From a virus (Duplodnaviria; Heunggongvirae; Uroviricota; Caudoviricetes), in IMG/VR virus record IMGVR_UViG_3300029996_000255: 64,000 nt of DNA; one strand, 5' to 3'. Of the stretch, positions 9,637 to 19,146 are shown in pieces. Made by a program: the position numbers and the translations under genes. Numbering within the stretch: position 1 is the stretch's first letter; each line of letters begins with the position of its first letter. The notes beneath the pieces are model-generated. The model saw nothing but the letters and a program-made list of their open reading frames with translations. It made no database searches and was not told the origin of the DNA.

Positions 9637-10611
9637 ATGACAATGGAAATATTAAAAACCAGAATAGATGAAATATTAAAGAAAATGTGGGGTATAAATG
9701 AAGATGGTGGCATCGAAATTTATACTGACTATAGAGAAAGGGAACTTTCTGATAGTTTTTTAAAAGAGATACTTGAGCATGATAATCCAAGGGAAGCTTT
9801 TAATGATAAATTGGCTGATTGGGCTATGGATTATAAGATGGAGTACGGAGAAGATGAGTTTGAAAATAATATTCGTAAAGAACTGACAGATGAAGAAGAA
9901 AAATACTTTACAGATAATTTTGATGAAATATGGGAATATGTGAGAGAAAATACATATTTCTATTATAATTCAGAAGATTTTAATAATAAAGTCAAAGTAA
10001 ATATTATGGTGGATTGTGGTAATTGGAATTACGATTGTGTTTGCGATAATGTTCTGAATTGGTATGGAAATTCAGGAGATGGAAGTATTGATAAAGAGTC
10101 ATCTATGCTGTGGTTAGCGAAAACACAAGGTAAAGCAACTGCATTAAGAAAAGCTTGTAAACAAGTACATAGGAATGACGGATATTATGTAGATAGAGAT
10201 AAGAATAAAGACAAATTTGTTGAAAGCTGCATACAGGAATTTGAAAATCTTCCATCACATATGGCAACTGTAACATTTCTTGTAAAAATGCCGTTATTTG
10301 ATTTATTTGATTTAATCGAATTACAGAATAAAGAATATGACGAAAAGGGAAAATATGATCCACGAAAAAATGAAAAATCAAAATCTTATATAGTTCTTGG
10401 GAAAGAAACAATGTGTGGTTTATATGATTCTTGGTCTGGCAGTGGTTCTGTATTAGAAGTAGAACTGGATAAGGATGTTAAACTTCCTATTAAATATGCA
10501 ATCTTTTGTGTAGAGGGTTGTAAAATGCATGGATATGATATTGATGAAGTCTATGGACTGATTGATAGTTGTTGGAAAGAAACAGTAAAGGAAATAAAAG
10601 AGGTTGCATAA
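9637..10611 (+). CDS. hypothetical protein (324 aa)
   Basis: GCGAGGTTGA RBS; ATG 9637. Confidence 0.6.
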   Translation: MTMEILKTRIDEILKKMWGINEDGGIEIYTDYRERELSDSFLKEILEHDNPREAFNDKLADWAMDYKMEYGEDEFENNIRKELTDEEEKYFTDNFDEIWEYVRENTYFYYNSEDFNNKVKVNIMVDCGNWNYDCVCDNVLNWYGNSGDGSIDKESSMLWLAKTQGKATALRKACKQVHRNDGYYVDRDKNKDKFVESCIQEFENLPSHMATVTFLVKMPLFDLFDLIELQNKEYDEKGKYDPRKNEKSKSYIVLGKETMCGLYDSWSGSGSVLEVELDKDVKLPIKYAIFCVEGCKMHGYDIDEVYGLIDSCWKETVKEIKEVA

Positions 10612-10653
10612 AACCAAAGGAAAGAACTGTTTATTTAGAAAGAGAGGCAAATT

Positions 10654-10827
10654 ATGGTAACAAACGAAATGAAAGAACTGTTAAAGAAAATAGCAGACTT
10701 AGCTTATCGGGCATCAGATGAAGTTTATGATGATGATAATGAAAATGGAACAGCAGGGATATTAAATCTTTGTGACGAATTATATGAAAAAATTGATGAA
10801 TATTTAGGAGGTAATGCAAATGTATAG
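10654..10827 (+). CDS. small hypothetical protein (57 aa)
   Basis: AGAGAGG upstream; ATGTATAG stop/start overlap with the next small ORF at 10820. Confidence 0.35.
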   Translation: MVTNEMKELLKKIADLAYRASDEVYDDDNENGTAGILNLCDELYEKIDEYLGGNANV

Positions 10828-10951
10828 AAGCGCAATAGTAAACGAACTTGGGCATGTAATGTTTTGGTGTGATGAATTACAGGGAGACGAACAGATTGAG
10901 TGTATCTTAAATGGACATCCTGAATGGTCTGTTAAATGTATGGAAATATAG
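10820..10951 (+). CDS. small hypothetical protein (43 aa)
   Basis: translationally coupled ATG overlapping the upstream stop; TAGGAGGTAATGC RBS. Confidence 0.3.
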   Translation: MYRSAIVNELGHVMFWCDELQGDEQIECILNGHPEWSVKCMEI

Positions 10952-10968
10952 AAAGCGAGGTACAAAAT

Positions 10969-11292
10969 ATGAAAACAATAATTGATAAAAGCGAATGTAA
11001 ACCATTAAGTGACAACATTGAAGGTAAGTTGGTAGTAATTAAACCAAATTTTTTCAAACCAGAATTTAGAGAGGCAAAATATCAGATTGTGCTTGCATCT
11101 GGAGGTTTTGGTTGCGATGCAAGTAAGATGGGAAATGCAGTATTTGTAGAAGAAGTTCATACTGATAACCCAGAGCATTACAGACAGGAAAGATATAATC
11201 TTATTGGCGAACCAACAGAAGAGATTATTAAGGAATGGAAATCAATGTATGGTGAATTTAATGAGAAAGTACAGAAAGTATTGGAGGTATAG
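10969..11292 (+). CDS. hypothetical protein
   Basis: GCGAGGTACAAAAT ATG; track ORF 10936..11292. Confidence 0.5.
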   Translation: MKTIIDKSECKPLSDNIEGKLVVIKPNFFKPEFREAKYQIVLASGGFGCDASKMGNAVFVEEVHTDNPEHYRQERYNLIGEPTEEIIKEWKSMYGEFNEKVQKVLEV

Positions 11293-11297
11293 GAATT

Positions 11298-11474
11298 ATG
11301 ATGACGAGAGAAAGGTTTGCAGAGACAAACTGGAAAATGAGTTATGAGGAATATCAGAAATGCGATTGTACTGAATGTAAAAAAGAAGAATGTTCACACA
11401 GAGGAGCATATAGAAGAGTACCTGAAATTGATGGCGGTCTTGGATTATGTCCTAATCTGAAGGAGAGTGATTAA
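11298..11474 (+). CDS. small Cys-containing hypothetical protein (58 aa)
   Basis: GGAGGTATAGG RBS; ATG 11298. Confidence 0.35.
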   Translation: MMTRERFAETNWKMSYEEYQKCDCTECKKEECSHRGAYRRVPEIDGGLGLCPNLKESD

Positions 11475-11475
11475 A

Positions 11476-11670
11476 ATGTGCAAACATAAACCGAAAAATC
11501 TACGAGAATTTGAACCGATTCTCAAAGCAAATGGCTATCACGAAATCAGAAGTCGTGGTAGTCATTTTATTTATGGGAATGGTAAGAATCAGATTACAGT
11601 AAATAAGGATCTGAATAAGATGGTGCAGTTACGGTTGATTAAAGAGAATAACTTAGTGGAGGTGAAATGA
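11476..11670 (+). CDS. hicA: HicA-like mRNA interferase toxin (GSH-containing core NLREFEPILKANGYHEIRSRGSHFIY)
   Basis: size and motif pattern typical of the YcfA/HicA family; AGGAGAGTGA RBS. Confidence 0.5.
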   Translation: MCKHKPKNLREFEPILKANGYHEIRSRGSHFIYGNGKNQITVNKDLNKMVQLRLIKENNLVEVK

Positions 11671-11813
11671 TGGAATTACGGAGCGTAATTGTAGATGAAT
11701 GTGGAACTATCAAGAGATATTGCGGTGATTATTCTGATGTGGAAAATGAAAAATATTTAAAAGAGCATTCTGAGTATTATATGACTATTAGAGAAAGTGA
11801 GGGATTAGAGTGA
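11670..11813 (+). CDS. small hypothetical protein overlapping the hicA stop (TGATG); candidate antitoxin partner
   Basis: translational coupling; 47 aa. Confidence 0.3.
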   Translation: MELRSVIVDECGTIKRYCGDYSDVENEKYLKEHSEYYMTIRESEGLE

Positions 11814-12007
11814 AAATTACACAGACAAGAGTAAAACAGTATAACAGTACATACAAAACAGTTGTTTCAGTTGACGGAGTGCCTGTTTGTATTACAAGGA
11901 GCAATAAGAGAGCCAGTGATATCATGTCTTATCTTTCAGGATATGAAGTTGAAATTAATGATGGAAAATTAAAGAAACAGTTGGATAAAATTAGAAATGG
12001 AAAGTGA
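11810..12007 (+). CDS. hypothetical protein
   Basis: ORF track; GTGA overlap. Confidence 0.45.
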   Translation: MKITQTRVKQYNSTYKTVVSVDGVPVCITRSNKRASDIMSYLSGYEVEINDGKLKKQLDKIRNGK

Positions 12008-12017
12008 GGTTGAGTGA

Positions 12018-12272
12018 ATGATAGTTGATGGAGTATTTACATCTGTGTGGGCAGATGAGGGAGAGCTTAGAACAACATGTAAGGTAAACACAGAAACACA
12101 TGAAGTATTTGATATTAAAAGAGTTGATCCTGCTGATTATGATATGGAGTGTGAAATTCTTGAATATGAATATGTAGAATATGGTGATGGAAATAAATTA
12201 CATCGTTATCCTGTTTATTTTAAAGAAGGTAAAGGCGAAATCGAATTTAGCGATGCATATTGGAGAGAATGA
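12018..12272 (+). CDS. hypothetical acidic protein
   Basis: ORF track; GAGGTTGAGTGA RBS. Confidence 0.5.
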   Translation: MIVDGVFTSVWADEGELRTTCKVNTETHEVFDIKRVDPADYDMECEILEYEYVEYGDGNKLHRYPVYFKEGKGEIEFSDAYWRE

Positions 12273-12316
12273 AAGAAAGAAATAGCAATTTCATTTTAAG
12301 ATTGGAGGAACAGAAT

Positions 12317-12631
12317 ATGTTAGATTATACAAAAATTACATTCAATGAGTTAGATGACACAGACAAGCCATTACAGGCATTTTACAATTATGATTTAAAA
12401 GAAAGCGAAATTGATAGTTTTTTGGAAGAGTACGCAACAGTTGAAGAAGTTCCAGAAGGTGTATCTATTCAGAAAGTAGAATTATGCTTAACAATTTACG
12501 CACAGCATGATTTCAAATTAGAAGCTTGTTGTACAGATACAAATAACGAACAGTATTGGGTTGAAATCAATAAACAGTTTACAAATGCAGATGAATTTAT
12601 TCAGATGATTCCTAACTATGGAAAGGAGTGA
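12317..12631 (+). CDS. hypothetical protein
   Basis: TTGGAGGAACAGAAT ATG. Confidence 0.5.
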   Translation: MLDYTKITFNELDDTDKPLQAFYNYDLKESEIDSFLEEYATVEEVPEGVSIQKVELCLTIYAQHDFKLEACCTDTNNEQYWVEINKQFTNADEFIQMIPNYGKE

Positions 12632-12635
12632 TTAT

Positions 12636-12866
12636 ATGTTAAAGAAGAAACTAAAAACTGGTTCTGTAATTGAGGCATGGAACTATGATACTGGTATTTA
12701 TACAGGAATGTCAATTGGGGCTTATGACAGAATGACATGTAATTCAAAGTCAATAGTTTCTGTAGAAAGTGTAGATTCTGCTGATGGAATTGTAAACAGA
12801 ATTGTTATTAATAAAAAGAAAGCTGAAAAATATGGATTTAGAATTGTAATTGACGAAGAAAATTAA
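12636..12866 (+). CDS. hypothetical protein
   Basis: GGAAAGGAGTGA RBS. Confidence 0.5.
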   Translation: MLKKKLKTGSVIEAWNYDTGIYTGMSIGAYDRMTCNSKSIVSVESVDSADGIVNRIVINKKKAEKYGFRIVIDEEN

Positions 12867-12888
12867 ATAGAAAGGATGGTTGATTTAT

Positions 12889-13107
12889 ATGAGATTACAT
12901 CTGTTTTGGCTTGATAAGAATTGGAAGAAACGTGGTGATTGTGCAAATAATTATAATCTCATTGTTGATATGGAAAATAAAACATATAAGGTATATACGA
13001 ATGCTTTTTATGGATATTATCATCCAGAAGATATTGAGATTAAAAAGAAATCGGATATTGAAGATTACATAGAGTATTTAAAGAGAAATGGATTCAGAGG
13101 AGAGTAA
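12889..13107 (+). CDS. hypothetical protein
   Basis: AAAGGATGG RBS. Confidence 0.45.
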   Translation: MRLHLFWLDKNWKKRGDCANNYNLIVDMENKTYKVYTNAFYGYYHPEDIEIKKKSDIEDYIEYLKRNGFRGE

Positions 13108-13111
13108 TCAT

Positions 13112-13423
13112 ATGAGTAATGAATTTAAAAACGCAGATTTTCTTGATGATAAAGAAAAAATGAGAGATTTTACATATCTTACAAAGGAAGAATTCTTAAG
13201 CAGTTACAGTTATCTTACAGAAGATGAATATAACAACACATATAATAGGTATTATGCAAAACAAATAGCTGATGTATTAAGGAAATTTGCAGAGAAACCA
13301 CAAAACATAGACAATTTTGAGAACTATCTTGAAAATTGTTTTACTGGTTGGAAAGAAAAATTTGCAAATACACCTGAAAAGATGATTGAAGATATGAAGC
13401 ATTTTGCAGAGATGGAGGTATAA
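13112..13423 (+). CDS. hypothetical protein
   Basis: GGAGAGTAATCAT ATG. Confidence 0.5.
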   Translation: MSNEFKNADFLDDKEKMRDFTYLTKEEFLSSYSYLTEDEYNNTYNRYYAKQIADVLRKFAEKPQNIDNFENYLENCFTGWKEKFANTPEKMIEDMKHFAEMEV

Positions 13424-13426
13424 GAT

Positions 13427-13678
13427 ATGCTGAAATTAAGAGAATGGAACGAAGTATTAGATTATGCAGACCAGATAGAAGAAGAACTCACATCTGAAGG
13501 ATACAATGTAAGACTACATGAGTATTCAATGTATGATGGAAGAAAAGGAATTTACCTTACTTTATATGACAATCATAATAAGGTACATCAACAGTATGCA
13601 AGTGGTGTGCATAACAGCGTAAAAGAATATAAAAGATATATTGACTATTATAAGAGAAAACTTATAGAAGAATGTTAG
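13427..13678 (+). CDS. hypothetical protein
   Basis: ORF track; GGAGGTATAAG RBS. Confidence 0.5.
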   Translation: MLKLREWNEVLDYADQIEEELTSEGYNVRLHEYSMYDGRKGIYLTLYDNHNKVHQQYASGVHNSVKEYKRYIDYYKRKLIEEC

Positions 13679-13695
13679 AAATGGAGTGATGATAT

Positions 13696-13884
13696 ATGTA
13701 CAAATGTGGAAATTATGTAAAGCCTGAAATAGATGATTGTAGTTACAAAGATGATAGATGTTGTTACTACTGTGATAAGAAATGGGACTGTAAAGCAAAA
13801 TCAAAATGTGAATTTAATTGTTGGGATGATGACGATGATAATAAAGATGATATAAATGCTTATTGGGAAGATGAAAAGGAGTGA
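13696..13884 (+). CDS. small acidic Cys-rich protein
   Basis: ORF track; TGGAGTGA RBS. Confidence 0.45.
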   Translation: MYKCGNYVKPEIDDCSYKDDRCCYYCDKKWDCKAKSKCEFNCWDDDDDNKDDINAYWEDEKE

Positions 13885-13890
13885 TTTATT

Positions 13891-14067
13891 ATGGCGAAAA
13901 CATTAAGAGATTTTTGGAATAAGGCAGATGGTGTTTATGATTTTGTAGATAAGAATGGAGTTTCTATTGATGATATGAATTATCCCTTAGAAACAGAAGT
14001 GTTAAATGAACGGTTGATTAAAGGTGAACAGTATGAGATTACATTAAATGTAGAAGTAAAGGAGTGA
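13891..14067 (+). CDS. small hypothetical protein (58 aa)
   Basis: AAAGGAGTGA RBS; fills the gap. Confidence 0.35.
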   Translation: MAKTLRDFWNKADGVYDFVDKNGVSIDDMNYPLETEVLNERLIKGEQYEITLNVEVKE

Positions 14068-14073
14068 TGAAGT

Positions 14074-14313
14074 ATGCAGATTGTAAAAGAAAGTATTATC
14101 AAGAAACATTCATATGAAAATGGAATTCATACTTCTTATACAGAAGTGATAGAACAGTACCATTATGATTCAAAAGAGGAACGTAATAAACATGCAGAAC
14201 AAATGACTGAAAAAGGATTTAAAGATAGTGGTCAGGTTAAAGAAAATGTTGGTACGATTATGAATCCAGAGTTGGTCTGGTTTGGAAGTTACTATAAATA
14301 TGAAAGAAATTAG
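14074..14313 (+). CDS. hypothetical protein
   Basis: ORF track; AAGGAGTGA RBS. Confidence 0.5.
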   Translation: MQIVKESIIKKHSYENGIHTSYTEVIEQYHYDSKEERNKHAEQMTEKGFKDSGQVKENVGTIMNPELVWFGSYYKYERN

Positions 14314-14349
14314 CCAAGCAAACAAGAGTTTCAAGGGAAAGGCAAATAT

Positions 14350-14538
14350 ATGAAAGTAAAAGAATTTTTAGAAAATTTCACAGGAGATAATCATATTAAA
14401 ATTTATGATATGCATAGCTTTGATACGCATAGATATAATAATGCAAATGAAGCTATAAGACAATTTGGTTATTATACAGTCAGAGAATGGAAAATTATTG
14501 ATAATGTCTTAAAAATAACTATTAGAACACAATTCTAA
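14350..14538 (+). CDS. hypothetical protein
   Basis: ORF track. Confidence 0.45.
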   Translation: MKVKEFLENFTGDNHIKIYDMHSFDTHRYNNANEAIRQFGYYTVREWKIIDNVLKITIRTQF

Positions 14539-14554
14539 AAATGAGGTGAATTAT

Positions 14555-14734
14555 ATGCACATAACAAAGGAAATGAATATGCATAATTGTCAATTATGTA
14601 GAAAAGAATGGCTTGGAAGATGTTTCGGAAAGAAATATGGGAAAGATGTATCTGTTGATAATGAACCATGTAAGTGTTACGAATTTGGCGGTTCAGAAGA
14701 GAGACTAAAAGAAATTGAGAACAATATGAAATGA
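14555..14734 (+). CDS. small Cys-containing protein
   Basis: ATGAGGTGAATTAT ATG. Confidence 0.45.
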   Translation: MHITKEMNMHNCQLCRKEWLGRCFGKKYGKDVSVDNEPCKCYEFGGSEERLKEIENNMK

Positions 14735-14758
14735 GGATTTACTTGGAAAGGAAATATT

Positions 14759-15001
14759 ATGAAGAATGGAATTTATCACATAAAAGACGATAAAATTTAT
14801 AAAATGTCATTAGATAAGCCAGAAGAACAGATAGGCACTGTTGCGAGTATTGAGGATAGAAACAATCTTATAGATGGTTTTGCAAACAATCTCATAAACA
14901 AAATTGAATTAAAATATTGTAATGGAGATTTAACCAGTCAATATCTTGGAATACAAACTTGTGATTGGATTAGAGAGATTGCAGAAACAATGAAACGATG
15001 A
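14759..15001 (+). CDS. hypothetical protein
   Basis: ORF track; GGAAAGGAAAT RBS. Confidence 0.5.
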   Translation: MKNGIYHIKDDKIYKMSLDKPEEQIGTVASIEDRNNLIDGFANNLINKIELKYCNGDLTSQYLGIQTCDWIREIAETMKR

Positions 15002-15031
15002 TTTATTGAGATTACGAAAGGAGGAACAGCT

Positions 15032-15313
15032 ATGGATTCAAGGTTCTTTGAGAGAAAATGCTTTACAACAACATCTGATTGTTTATTGGAATTTATGAAG
15101 GAACAAAAAGATGATTCAAGCCTTATATTTAATATAGAAGAAGATACAAAAGAAGTATTCTTATATAGTCCAGCGTTTGATGTTGAATATAATGAGGATG
15201 ATATTATGGATTGTGTTGGCAGAGAGTTGGGTGTTGAAATAAATAATCTGTTCGTAGATGGAGACAAATATTGTGCAGCAATTTATTTTACTGTAAGAAA
15301 ATTAGAACAATGA
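15032..15313 (+). CDS. hypothetical protein
   Basis: AAAGGAGGAACAGCT ATG. Confidence 0.5.
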   Translation: MDSRFFERKCFTTTSDCLLEFMKEQKDDSSLIFNIEEDTKEVFLYSPAFDVEYNEDDIMDCVGRELGVEINNLFVDGDKYCAAIYFTVRKLEQ

Positions 15314-15337
15314 ATCGGAAGATTGGAGGTTGATTAC

Positions 15338-15520
15338 ATGAACGAAACACAAGAAAAAATATATGGCTTATTGGAAAGTTATTTAGAATACTGTAGGACA
15401 AACGGATATACAGAGTTTGAGGTGTGGTGTGAAGATAATATTGATACTATTAATGAGGATGTATTAATACAAGATATATATCAGGAAGTAAACTATATAG
15501 CTGATAAATTATTTGAATAG
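15338..15520 (+). CDS. hypothetical acidic protein
   Basis: TTGGAGGTTGA RBS. Confidence 0.45.
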   Translation: MNETQEKIYGLLESYLEYCRTNGYTEFEVWCEDNIDTINEDVLIQDIYQEVNYIADKLFE

Positions 15521-15536
15521 AAAGTGAGGAAATAAT

Positions 15537-15833
15537 ATGGTAAAAAAAATTAACAATAGATTGTATAAAGTTAATACATATGCTTCTGCACACATTATTG
15601 AAGTAGATGATAATTATGATGAAGAAGTACAGAAACTAAGAAAAGAAATCCAACTTGACAGTATTGGATACAAATTGAACTTACTTGCATATCTTGCCAC
15701 ATTAACGGTACAAGGATATGCAATTTTAAGCGTAACAGAATTTAATATTGATGGAAGTAAACCTAGAGTTGCTTATGCAAGTAGTAAAGATTTTAAAAAG
15801 ATTGTTAAGTATTATTTTAAGAAGAAAGCGTAG
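15537..15833 (+). CDS. hypothetical protein
   Basis: AGTGAGGAAAT RBS. Confidence 0.5.
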   Translation: MVKKINNRLYKVNTYASAHIIEVDDNYDEEVQKLRKEIQLDSIGYKLNLLAYLATLTVQGYAILSVTEFNIDGSKPRVAYASSKDFKKIVKYYFKKKA

Positions 15834-15872
15834 GAAACGGAAATTTACAGTGAAGAAAGGCAAGTAAAATTT

Positions 15873-16067
15873 ATGGATAGGAAAGAATATTTACTAAGAC
15901 AGGTACTAAAGTTATTTAAGCAACAGAAAGAAAGCCGTTATGTTTTAAATATTGAAGAGATGACTGTTATGTATGATGGAGCTGAATGCGATGGAAGTTG
16001 TCTTTGTGATGATATTATGGAAGAGTTAGGAATTGACAGCTTAGAAGATATTGAGGATGAGAAATAA
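15873..16067 (+). CDS. hypothetical acidic protein
   Basis: ORF track. Confidence 0.45.
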   Translation: MDRKEYLLRQVLKLFKQQKESRYVLNIEEMTVMYDGAECDGSCLCDDIMEELGIDSLEDIEDEK

Positions 16068-16189
16068 AGTGTGATATAATATGTAAGAAAGAAGGTTAAT
16101 AATATTTTCTGTAGAGTATGGTGTTCAGATACCAAAGGAAGCGGCAATGTTAATGAATTAAAGTAACAAATAGAATAATAGAGAATATA

Positions 16190-16226
16190 GTAAGAGACTT
16201 GTAAAAACAAGTCTCTTATTTTTATG
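16190..16226 (+). terminator. strong intrinsic terminator (10-bp stem AAGAGACTTG/CAAGTCTCTT, loop TAAAAA, then ATTTTTAT)
   Basis: perfect hairpin plus T-run in the 170-bp intergenic region. Confidence 0.75.
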
Positions 16227-16245
16227 GAAAGGAACGGTGATTACT

Positions 16246-16470
16246 ATGTTTGATTACAAAGAATTTAAGAAGGAAATGTCTAAAAGAGGACATGAAGTAC
16301 ATAAACGTGGAGATTATATAACTATTGAACCCAATAATAATTATAAAGGATATAATAAAGGATTTTTATATGCATCAGATGTCATTAAAGGATTTGAGCA
16401 TGAATTAAGACTTATTTATATGCATCATTTTAACACTTGGATATATAGTGTAAGATTTAAAATCGTATGA
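16246..16470 (+). CDS. hypothetical protein
   Basis: GGAACGGTGA RBS. Confidence 0.5.
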   Translation: MFDYKEFKKEMSKRGHEVHKRGDYITIEPNNNYKGYNKGFLYASDVIKGFEHELRLIYMHHFNTWIYSVRFKIV

Positions 16471-16524
16471 TATAATTAATACAGTAACTGTGGAAACGTG
16501 AATTAAAAAACGGAGGTAATTGTT

Positions 16525-16638
16525 ATGATAGAATTAATTAGTGTAATTATAGCTTGGATTGTTGTATTTACAATCCCAAACAGATTTCTAAGTAAATCAG
16601 AAGCTAAGAAAAGAGAAGAAAGATATAAAAATATGTAA
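16525..16638 (+). CDS. very small single-transmembrane protein (37 aa)
   Basis: CGGAGGTAAT RBS; hydrophobic IELISVIIAWIVVFTI segment. Confidence 0.3.
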   Translation: MIELISVIIAWIVVFTIPNRFLSKSEAKKREERYKNM

Positions 16639-16643
16639 GGAGA

Positions 16644-17303
16644 GTGATGAATATGTTAGGATTATTGTTGTCTTTAGGATTATTTGGTGGAGCTGCTGTA
16701 AAAAATGCTTACGATAATGCAGCAATGAAGAAGTATACAAGCTCTTATGATAATAATGGAAATCATCATTATTGTGACAATAACATGAGAGAATACATTA
16801 ATGGTGAGAGAGTAAGGAGTGATGGCTATACTGATAATGATGGAATTTATCATAGGACGGAAATTGGACTGAATAGTGGAAAGACATATACAGATTATGT
16901 ATGTCCATCTGAACAGTTGAAAAAGAAATACGATGACGAAGATAGGGAATATTACCGTAAAAAAGGATTTCCTGCATATCCCGCTTATAATCTACGATTT
17001 AAGAGAAAAGTAACAACTGAATTTGAAACAGGCAAAGTGGTAGCTGCTGTAGTATGGTTTCATAACATATTTACTCAGGAAAATCATTGGGTTAAGTTTT
17101 ATGTTAAGCCTGATGCAAAAGAATATGAATACAATGTACCAGGAGAATATGATAAAGGTATAGAAATTACCAAGGAAGAAGCAGAGTTATATGATAGAAT
17201 ATTAGGGAAATCTCATAGCGGCATGGCATTTAGAAATAAAATCTGGGAAGGGTTTGACACTAGAAAACCTGAAGGATGGGATGAGGCACATAAGAAAAAT
17301 TAA
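16644..17303 (+). CDS. hypothetical protein with N-terminal hydrophobic/signal segment (LGLLLSLGLFGGAAV)
   Basis: ORF track; AAGGAGAGTGA RBS. Confidence 0.55.
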   Translation: MMNMLGLLLSLGLFGGAAVKNAYDNAAMKKYTSSYDNNGNHHYCDNNMREYINGERVRSDGYTDNDGIYHRTEIGLNSGKTYTDYVCPSEQLKKKYDDEDREYYRKKGFPAYPAYNLRFKRKVTTEFETGKVVAAVVWFHNIFTQENHWVKFYVKPDAKEYEYNVPGEYDKGIEITKEEAELYDRILGKSHSGMAFRNKIWEGFDTRKPEGWDEAHKKN

Positions 17304-17334
17304 TAGTTTCATTTGAAGATTGGAGAGAAAATAT

Positions 17335-17778
17335 ATGAAAATTGTGAGTATTGAATGGCTAACAGACGAAATAACGGAACAATTAAATAATGAAGAAACC
17401 TGTTATTTGTCAAGTGATAAAGAATATTGGTTATTTACAGATGATATTGTGTTTAATAAAATTGACAAAGAGTTACATTCGATTTCTGTTGCAGAATGGT
17501 TGTATGGAAAGTGTGAAGACAATGATTTATATACAACATTTATGAATACACAATATGATTGGAGTGATTATAATATGGATGCAGCCGCCGATGTAGATGT
17601 GTCTAAATGCTGCAACAATCAATGGGATCAGGTTATGATAAACTATGTAAGAAATGTAGTTGAAGAATCCATTTCGTATAAATTAGAAGAATCGTTAAGA
17701 GAAATGGTGAATTACAAATTTGAAATGGATTATATAAAAGATGCTGTAAAAAATGTTTTGGACTTAGAAGACAAATAA
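17335..17778 (+). CDS. hypothetical acidic protein
   Basis: TTGGAGAGAAAATAT ATG. Confidence 0.5.
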   Translation: MKIVSIEWLTDEITEQLNNEETCYLSSDKEYWLFTDDIVFNKIDKELHSISVAEWLYGKCEDNDLYTTFMNTQYDWSDYNMDAAADVDVSKCCNNQWDQVMINYVRNVVEESISYKLEESLREMVNYKFEMDYIKDAVKNVLDLEDK

Positions 17779-17877
17779 TAGCCAATGAATCCAAGTTTTC
17801 ATAAAACGGTAACGATGTCCGTAGGCAGAAAATCTCTGATGTGTTATAGTTAATTAAAAACACAAGGAGAATTTAGG

Positions 17878-18120
17878 ATGAAGAATATTGATAGAATGAA
17901 GCTGGCTCTTATAGATCAGATTACAAATATGACAACGGAACAATTTAAAAGATTAAACGATATATTGTGTGAAGAATATGACTTTAATTCTAAGTATGTT
18001 AATAAAGCTGCAATATTTACTTGTGAAGATTGCAGGAGATTATATGGAAAATGTATTGAATCTGAACGAACAGAAGAATGCGATGAACGATTTATGAAGT
18101 ATTTGGAAAGTGAAGAGTAA
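17878..18120 (+). CDS. hypothetical protein
   Basis: ORF track; AAGGAGAATTTAGG RBS. Confidence 0.5.
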   Translation: MKNIDRMKLALIDQITNMTTEQFKRLNDILCEEYDFNSKYVNKAAIFTCEDCRRLYGKCIESERTEECDERFMKYLESEE

Positions 18121-18163
18121 TTTAAATGAAATCTAAGTTTACTATCGAATTAAGGAGAAAAAT

Positions 18164-18388
18164 ATGTCGAAGAAAATTATATATATAGATGAATTTGGAA
18201 ACAAAATAGATATTAATTCAATCGAGGGTATTCATGTTATACTTAATGATATTTTTACAACATGCGATAATGAGAACAGCTGTTTATGCGTTAAAGAGAA
18301 TATCAAAGCAAGCGTAGAAAAATGTTGTGAAACCAGAAAACTAGAAATTAAAACTGGCAAACATCAAGATAAAAGTAGCATTTGGTAA
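18164..18388 (+). CDS. hypothetical protein
   Basis: ORF track; TAAGGAGAAAAAT RBS. Confidence 0.5.
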   Translation: MSKKIIYIDEFGNKIDINSIEGIHVILNDIFTTCDNENSCLCVKENIKASVEKCCETRKLEIKTGKHQDKSSIW

Positions 18389-18432
18389 GGAAATTTAACT
18401 TTCCTTTTATTTTAAAGACGAGGTAAACAAAT

Positions 18433-18633
18433 ATGTCAAATGTAATAGAAAAATTAGTACATGAAATTATAAACCCAACAAAAATTTCTGACTTGGTTAA
18501 ATATGACGCTCCATCAAACCTATTATTAGCAGGTAACGATAAGACAATTTTATATGATCAAAATTGGTTCGTAGATGGAATTCAAAGAACTTCTATAATA
18601 AAAGAATATAAAAATGGGAGTATGAAAATATAA
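18433..18633 (+). CDS. hypothetical protein
   Basis: ORF track; GACGAGGTAAAC RBS. Confidence 0.45.
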   Translation: MSNVIEKLVHEIINPTKISDLVKYDAPSNLLLAGNDKTILYDQNWFVDGIQRTSIIKEYKNGSMKI

Positions 18634-18680
18634 TGATTAGAAATTCGACTTTCATTGGAAGATAGGAGGAAATTAAAAAT

Positions 18681-18938
18681 ATGAAGAAATTTGGAATTAA
18701 TGAGATAGAAGAAGATAGTGAAAGTAAAGTAGGTACTGTAATAGCAGAAGACATTTATGAAGCTGCAAAAATATTTAAAGGTATTACAGATAAAAATTCA
18801 GACAGCAATTATAAAATATATGAAATAAATGATACGTCTGGTAATTATTTAATTATTGGAAATTCAAAGAATGATTTAATGTTTTATAACGCATTGAGAT
18901 GGCAGTTATTAGATGAAGGAAAATTGGAAATGGAATGA
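18681..18938 (+). CDS. hypothetical protein
   Basis: ORF track; TAGGAGGAAAT RBS. Confidence 0.5.
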   Translation: MKKFGINEIEEDSESKVGTVIAEDIYEAAKIFKGITDKNSDSNYKIYEINDTSGNYLIIGNSKNDLMFYNALRWQLLDEGKLEME

Positions 18939-18948
18939 GGTGATATTA

Positions 18949-19125
18949 ATGAAAGAAACAGAGACAAAGAAAATTATTGCAGAAGAGATTTTAAATCGTA
19001 TGAATGATCAAGGCGCAGCAGATGTACTAAGAGACATTTTAAGTAATAATGACAACAAAATTGATTGGGATAAGGCATTTGAGTCTATTCAGAAACATAT
19101 GCCTGAGTTGAAAATGTTTGATTGA
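18949..19125 (+). CDS. hypothetical protein
   Basis: ATGAGGTGATATTA ATG. Confidence 0.45.
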   Translation: MKETETKKIIAEEILNRMNDQGAADVLRDILSNNDNKIDWDKAFESIQKHMPELKMFD

Positions 19126-19146
19126 TTGTGAATTGAGGTGAAGTAA

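Noticed and set aside
13696-13884. Acidic small proteins (13696-13884, 9324-9635, 15338-15520, 42868-43173) as Ocr-like DNA-mimic anti-restriction proteins
   Set aside because: Only overall negative charge supports this; no specific family motif is recognisable, so no functional call was made.
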